From NCBI GenBank assembly GCA_002633005.1, contig NMRA01000658.1, forward strand, positions 148,251 to 206,629: a stretch of DNA of 58,379 bases, given 5' to 3'. This stretch comes from Phoronis australis. Its lineage: Eukaryota > Animalia > Phoronida. Below are positions 53,601 through 58,379 of this stretch, in pieces; within the stretch, counting starts at the first letter, position 1, and each line of letters opens with the position of its first letter. Below the pieces are notes generated by a model, which made no database searches, had not been told where the DNA came from, and worked only from the letters and a program-made list of their open reading frames with translations. The position numbers and the translations under genes are program-made.

Positions 53601-56600
53601 CATTACTTCGTTGGCCTTTTTCTGCATGTTTCTCAGTTTTTACAAAAGAGGGCAGCATATGACGAACTTAGGTTTCACAATAAAATGGCTGCCGAAGGCA
53701 GTGCACATTTGAAATAACTCGGCACAAATTAAAGAAAACTTCCGAATCGATGAATGCGGTATATCTGTGAGAGTTAAATCGAATCCTATTCAGATCATAA
53801 CTTTGAAGTGGAATAATTCGGTGAGTACAACAGCAAGTCGGTTTTATGCTTAGGCGGACGAACATTGGGTTCCCCAGTATATTTAGTGAAGAAATTACAT
53901 ATTCAGGGTTCCTCGTACTCTCCCAAAAAACTTGAATCTGCCATACATCGAAGGGCAGACAATACGATTACTCTCTTCTGGGAACAACATTTGTAACGTT
54001 GGTAGGTCTTTGATTTGATTTTGTTGTGTTGTTTTTTTTTCTGCTCTTGGCTTTCAAACTTGCCAAATCGACTTTCTTAATTGCAAAAAAATCAGAAAAA
54101 AGCCAGCTGAGCTCACGGCCAGACTCGATGGTCCTGTTAGTCAGCGCTTGTTCTATGTTCAGATCGAATCGAGCTTATTTAAACTGGGCCAAGGGGGTTG
54201 TGTGCTGTGGGTCGAGGTGGTCGTGGGTCGAGGGGGTCGTCAGTGGGGTGCGGGTTGAGGGGTTTTAGAACAATGGGAATTTAACAAGGAGCGTGAATCT
54301 GGGACAGCTCTCGGCTTGATACTGGGCAAACTATAACAAAATAATATACCTCACACCCTTGTGGAGAAATGAAATGAAAATTTAAATAAAAAGACATCAC
54401 TTTATACAGTAATTCATTTTGGCTCAGCTATTATTGCCTTTCCTTGTGAAGATGGTATCCTTGGTTTCAGTTTTGCTGCAGAAAATGCACTCAGGTGGGA
54501 AAACGAGCACGATGGTGCACAATATTAATAGTTTATGGGGCGAATGGTGCACTTGGCAGTTTCGTGCCTCTGGGCCTTCACTGTCCGCCAAGCAGTGAAG
54601 TTTGACAGTGAAATGTTCATAGTTTTGTCTGATAACCCATTTTCTTGCAATTCACTTGGAAGAACAGAAGGAATCTGATCACACACGGACCGCATACAAT
54701 GTGGAGAATCATATGGCTGTTGAGAGACGTTCGTCCCGAATTTCATGAAGCTGCTGTAGTTTTTCGCTTGCTGTTCTTCTGACATTGCTTAAGATTGTAA
54801 AATTGCCATGTTCACTTATAGAGTCTAAATGGAGAATACACATGGGAAGAGAACTGTTCTTTCATTGATGTCAGTAGATAAGCTTCAACCTCATTGCTTT
54901 CTTATAGGGATGATTTTTGCATCTGCGTCGATAGCTGCCTTAATTTCGAATGCAGTACAATTTTCCCTGTCCCCAGCATTGGATTCGCATCGATTGGCAT
55001 ACATGTCAACAGGCCATTTGTGTATTTTGATGTTAGTTTGTATTCAAGGTATGCTTTACTTCTAAACCTTTGGACTGCAATGTCAGTTTGTTTTCATGGA
55101 AGGGTCAACATCAAAGTCCTGAATTTGGATACAAATAGAAAATTTTCGTGTCCCACACAGTACTTCTGCTCCATATGTTGAGTGTTTTATACCTGTACCA
55201 TGTAAAAGATAGCTTTTAGCACTTACTTTTAGTTGTAATGTAATGTTTGTCCCACCAAATATATGTCCAGACACCTAGTTCTTTCAAATATATGAAATAG
55301 TCGAAATAATGCAAAATCAGTAATGGCGGCACTAATTTTCATAAAAATCATAGTTTACGTAGGACATTTTTCAGCTCGTTAACATCATTTGTCCGTTTTC
55401 ACACATATTTTCCATCATAAAAATTCAACTCAGAAGTTGAAGTCCGGGGGGGTGCACGGGGGGAGGGGGGTGTGCACGAAGGGCCATGTTTCGACTGGAC
55501 TAATAGTAAGGCAAGTTCCCGGTTCCGCTAAAACTGATTGTCATTGAAAGGTAAGCGAGTTGCGCACATTTTGGAATCTTAGTTTTGCGAGACGAACATT
55601 CACAAAAGTACACACACTTTTAAGGTCTTGTCATAAAAATGGGGGTGGGCGGTAAGCCAAGCACGGGCGGTAACCCGGACGAGTACGGTTAATGTTTTTA
55701 ACAGGCAGTGGTCTGGATCACAACCCATGACATAGGTCAGTGCCCTCTTTTTAACATTGATGACATCGTATTACGTGTCACAAGTCTACCTAACCAACAC
55801 TCTGAGGATGACTGCAGCCATTGACGGTTGAAAACGATTGTCTCATGAAATTTGCTTGATATTGCACTATTGTCTTTTCTAATCTACTGAACTTTTGCTT
55901 TTCTTGTAGTACATGATTGCTTACAGACAGATGACTGCTCACCAGACTTAAGTGACTGCCACGATATCACTAGAGGAAAGTGTCTGATAACAAGACAAAT
56001 CCCGATTTGAAAATAACCAACAATCCACCACTGACCTCTTGACACTGACAATAGAAGCCACATTACTCTGACTCTTCACAGCTGTCTGCCAGTCCTTGTC
56101 ACTACCCTGAATGGCGTACTGGCTGAGGTCAACTCCCTTAAGAATCTCCAACTCTTTCTTTTGTTTTGCTGACACCTCCTTCGCCGCCTCTGCCTGCAAC
56201 AGACGATTACAGGTTTGATGCCAATAGTTTCACAAAATGTAATACACGAATGTCCGAAATCATATTTTTCTAGAAATAAAAATGGCAAATTTAATATTGC
56301 AGAATTTTAGTGAAATTCACTGAGCTGATAAACAAATGCGCCCATGAATGCATTGCAAATGGTGTGCTTTTAGGGTTATTTATTTGTATCATAAAAATGG
56401 CCACTAGATGGCGGAAAAACATACAATCCATCCAAAAACAGGAACATGCCACATTTCATAAAAATTTGTCAAGGAACTGTAGAGAAACAAAGGAAAACAA
56501 CAAAATAAAATTGCCACTAGTGGGCACAGTGTCCGTTGGATCTGCCTGAAAGTCATCGTCGTCTGATGTTTTCTTACACTGCGGTAGGTTTAGGAGATAC

Positions 56601-57885
56601 AACCATGCACGCAAAACAAAACTACTGCCAGGAGGCATCACAGTAGTCAGTCACCATCGTCAAAGGTCATCTTCACACAAAGAACATATATGCAAATTTT
56701 CAAATGATTTGGTTGATACACGGGTGGACGCCAAACACAAGATTTGAAAACAGCAAAAATGGCCACTAGGTGGTGCAAAATACCTTGATTCCATCCAAAA
56801 ACAGGAAGATAGCGTCACCACACCAATAGATGCCTATATTCAAAATTTTATGAAAATCTGTTGAGAACCTTTAAAGGTACTGAGTTAAATGTAAAAAACT
56901 AAAATTGCCACTAGGGGGCACAGCAGTAGTCAGGTCTGGCCGAAACTCGTCATCTTCTGTAGTCAACAATTAAATACACTTGCTAAATTAAGTAAAGATC
57001 CTGTGAACGGTTTAGGAGATACAGCCATAGGCACAACAAAAACAAAACTGCCACTAGGAGGCGCCACACTATTAAAAAACAGGAAAAAAATGGCCACTAG
57101 GTGGCGCAAACTACGTCAAATCCATCCGAAAACAGGAGGATAACGTCATTTCACTAATAGGTGCCTACATACCAAATTTCATGAAAATCCATTCAGGACT
57201 TTTGAAGATACAAAGGTAAGCGTAAAAAAATATATTTGCCACTAGGGGGCACACCGGTAGTCGGATCCGTCCGAAAGTTCGCTCATGCCGTCCCATTCAT
57301 GAATGGAACATATGTGCCAAATTTCATGAACGTATGTCAAAGGGTTTTGGAGATAGAGCAGCGGACGCCAGACGCTGCCTGGACGGAGATGACGGCATAC
57401 TGTGTCCACGTAAAAATATGTGGGCGCATAAAAACATGAGAAACCTGAACAAAAACACTGAATCAGTCGAAAATCAGATACAATTACACCGACTTTCGAC
57501 AAAAGGAGATTTCACCAATGTATATTTGGGAACTATAATCGTAAACGGACCACAAAATGTCCAAGCAAATCAAGGCAAAAACACAAAGTATCTCATTTAA
57601 ATTATACGTTCTAAAGAGCTTCATTTACAACCAGTTAACATTCTAAAGGTTATTGTATACATAAAGTAAAAAAGTATGTTTTGAGCTAGTTCACTCTGTT
57701 CATCACCACATGCTGAAAAATTATATAACATCCCAAATATTCATCATAATTTTAAACAGTAATGTCACTTTGAAAACACTCCATACCAAGTCATCATGCA
57801 ATGATGTCGTCGATGGCTCCATTACCACGTCTTTCTGTTCCACCATGTCTTTTTCAACAGCAGATTCCTCTATACTGTTGATAAA
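47647..57885 (-). CDS. NAT10: RNA cytidine acetyltransferase NAT10/Kre33, last three coding exons (gene continues beyond the window end)
   Basis: Exons 57885-57787 (FINSIEESAVEKDMVEQKDVVMEPSTTSLHDDL), 56193-56036 (AEAAKEV...DLSQYAIQGSDKDW...ASIVSVK) and 47755-47647 (lysine-rich tail KKRK...KKQKKQKQKHKT*). GT-AG and phase-consistent. Resembles the recalled NAT10 C-terminus (KDVVMEP..LxDDLxEAAKE..DLSxYxIxGxxxxW..SIISLKS). Confidence 0.9.
47950..48241. repeat. ~39-bp minisatellite x7 in the last NAT10 intron
   Basis: Unit GGCATCACTTTCTGTGAATAAAGATGATGAACCACT-like, seen as 13-aa periodicity in the spurious ORFs. Confidence 0.9.
48378..48532. mobile_element. 155-bp hAT MITE
   Basis: TIR CAGTGCTGTAGTGG / CCACTACAGCACTG; 8-bp TSD CAAATATC / CAAACATC (7 of 8 match). 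Confidence 0.8.
49570..50480 (+). mobile_element. Decayed interspersed repeat (second HINE-like family), boundaries approximate
   Basis: CACTCTACAGGTCGCAATTTTCGTCCGATT and repeated TCAAAATGGC motifs of the kind seen in Helentron-derived repeats; termini not resolved. Confidence 0.35.
51090..52314 (-). pseudogene. Frameshifted Academ protein remnant (XPG/FEN-like nuclease region)
   Basis: Fragments in different frames: ELMKYCMIPVPPSLGTPG..SKTNKAS, PDTHVFVILL, YLDTGSGKHPRLLNL, ALLGFCVYTGEDCTGAFKRKGK (compare the H3TH-like GxDxxxxFxxKGK motif). Confidence 0.65.
52315..54274. mobile_element. MULE-like non-autonomous element inserted in the Academ ORF
   Basis: TIR ATTGTTCTAAAACCCC plus (CGACCC)-rich subterminals vs GGGGTTTTAGAACAAT; flanks GGGATTTAA / GGGAATTTAA (imperfect ~9-bp TSD). 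Removing it restores the reading LLVKSQTLGEP on the minus strand. Confidence 0.6.
56330..57434 (-). mobile_element. HINE/DINE-1-like element, copy 3 (NAT10 intron)
   Basis: ATGCGCCCAT (56336-56345) and GTGGGCGCAT (57420-57429); same internal sub-repeats as copies 1 and 2. Confidence 0.75.
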
Positions 57886-58379
57886 CTAGAAAAAACAACA
57901 CAAATGGGGCTATTCGGAAAATCTACAATAACTAGAGGGCGTGCGTGTACTAGTGGTGATAGATTAACAGCCTCGATTTCGCGAGCCCTTTAAATACATG
58001 GTGAAATGGCTTGCAGCCGTGCCAACTGAATCTGAGATTGCGTAAAAAGGGTGCTTCTATGAGAGGAAGTAAGCACGACCTCATAAAAAAGGTAAGGTTT
58101 GTGATTATTTTTACGATTATTCCATGATTTTTCTACCGATGCCTGTTAACTGAGGCACTCGCCGATGTCGACTTCGCGGCAGTCAGTCGCCAGCCAGAGT
58201 CAGGTTAATCTTTATATGTTGTGATATGTGATACGATACTTGACGTAGCAATCGGGATCTTTCGTACATCAAAGCATTATTATTGTTTGGAATGATTTCT
58301 AAAAGTTTATCAGTGATAGTTACATCAATCAATGCTGAATGTTTATGCTGTCAACTCGATACAGGTTAATGAGTTAAGA

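Larger units (their letters stand above)
51012..55502 (-). mobile_element. Decayed Academ-superfamily DNA transposon
   Basis: TIR TAGTGAAGTCGAAAAATGGCCC...GTGCATCCCCCGGACTT vs AAGTCCGGGGGGGTGCAC...GGGCCATGTTTCGACTGGACTA; 3-bp TSD ATA at 51009-51011 and 55503-55505; frameshifted minus-strand coding remnants. Confidence 0.75.
48584..55688. mobile_element. Tc1/mariner (Tc2/pogo-like) non-autonomous element, outer shell of a nested stack
   Basis: TIR CCGTATTCGACCGGGCTACTGCCC vs reverse complement CCGTACTCGTCCGGGTTACCGCCC; left flank TA, right flank TT; GGGGTGGGCGGTAAGCCAAGCA occurs near both ends. Confidence 0.65.

Noticed and set aside
55757-55806. Box C/D snoRNA-like TGATGA...CTGA in the NAT10 intron
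   Set aside because: It is antisense to the host gene, too short, and has no terminal stem or recognisable guide.

Overview
Eukaryotic (invertebrate animal, probably bilaterian), AT-rich, intron-rich genomic window with one assembly gap. Splice-aware reading of both strands gives three complete housekeeping genes and the 3' end of a fourth: MZT1 (+, 3 exons, 70 aa), HSPBP1 (-, 6 coding exons, 315 aa), SAMM50 (+, 13 exons, 458 aa) and NAT10 (-, last 3 coding exons). HSPBP1 and SAMM50 are head-to-head. Nearly all ORFs in the supplied track are spurious or partial exons. Introns hold many non-autonomous or decayed mobile elements: hAT-like, Helentron/HINE-like, CMC/EnSpm-like, Academ, Tc2-like, MULE-like, a solo LTR, and LINE/SINE fragments, plus minisatellites. 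The four most notable observations: (1) two ~2.19-kb TIR elements in inverted orientation, each with its own 5-bp TSD, bracket the shared HSPBP1/SAMM50 promoter and first exons, forming a potentially invertible cassette whose flipped form would keep both genes in frame; (2) three HINE-like elements each carry 8-10 co-oriented CTCF-consensus motifs at ~150-bp spacing; (3) a 7x142-bp array of hairpin-forming units lies in an HSPBP1 intron; (4) a four-level nested transposon stack fills the last NAT10 intron. All gene identities come from recalled protein similarity, not from database searches.
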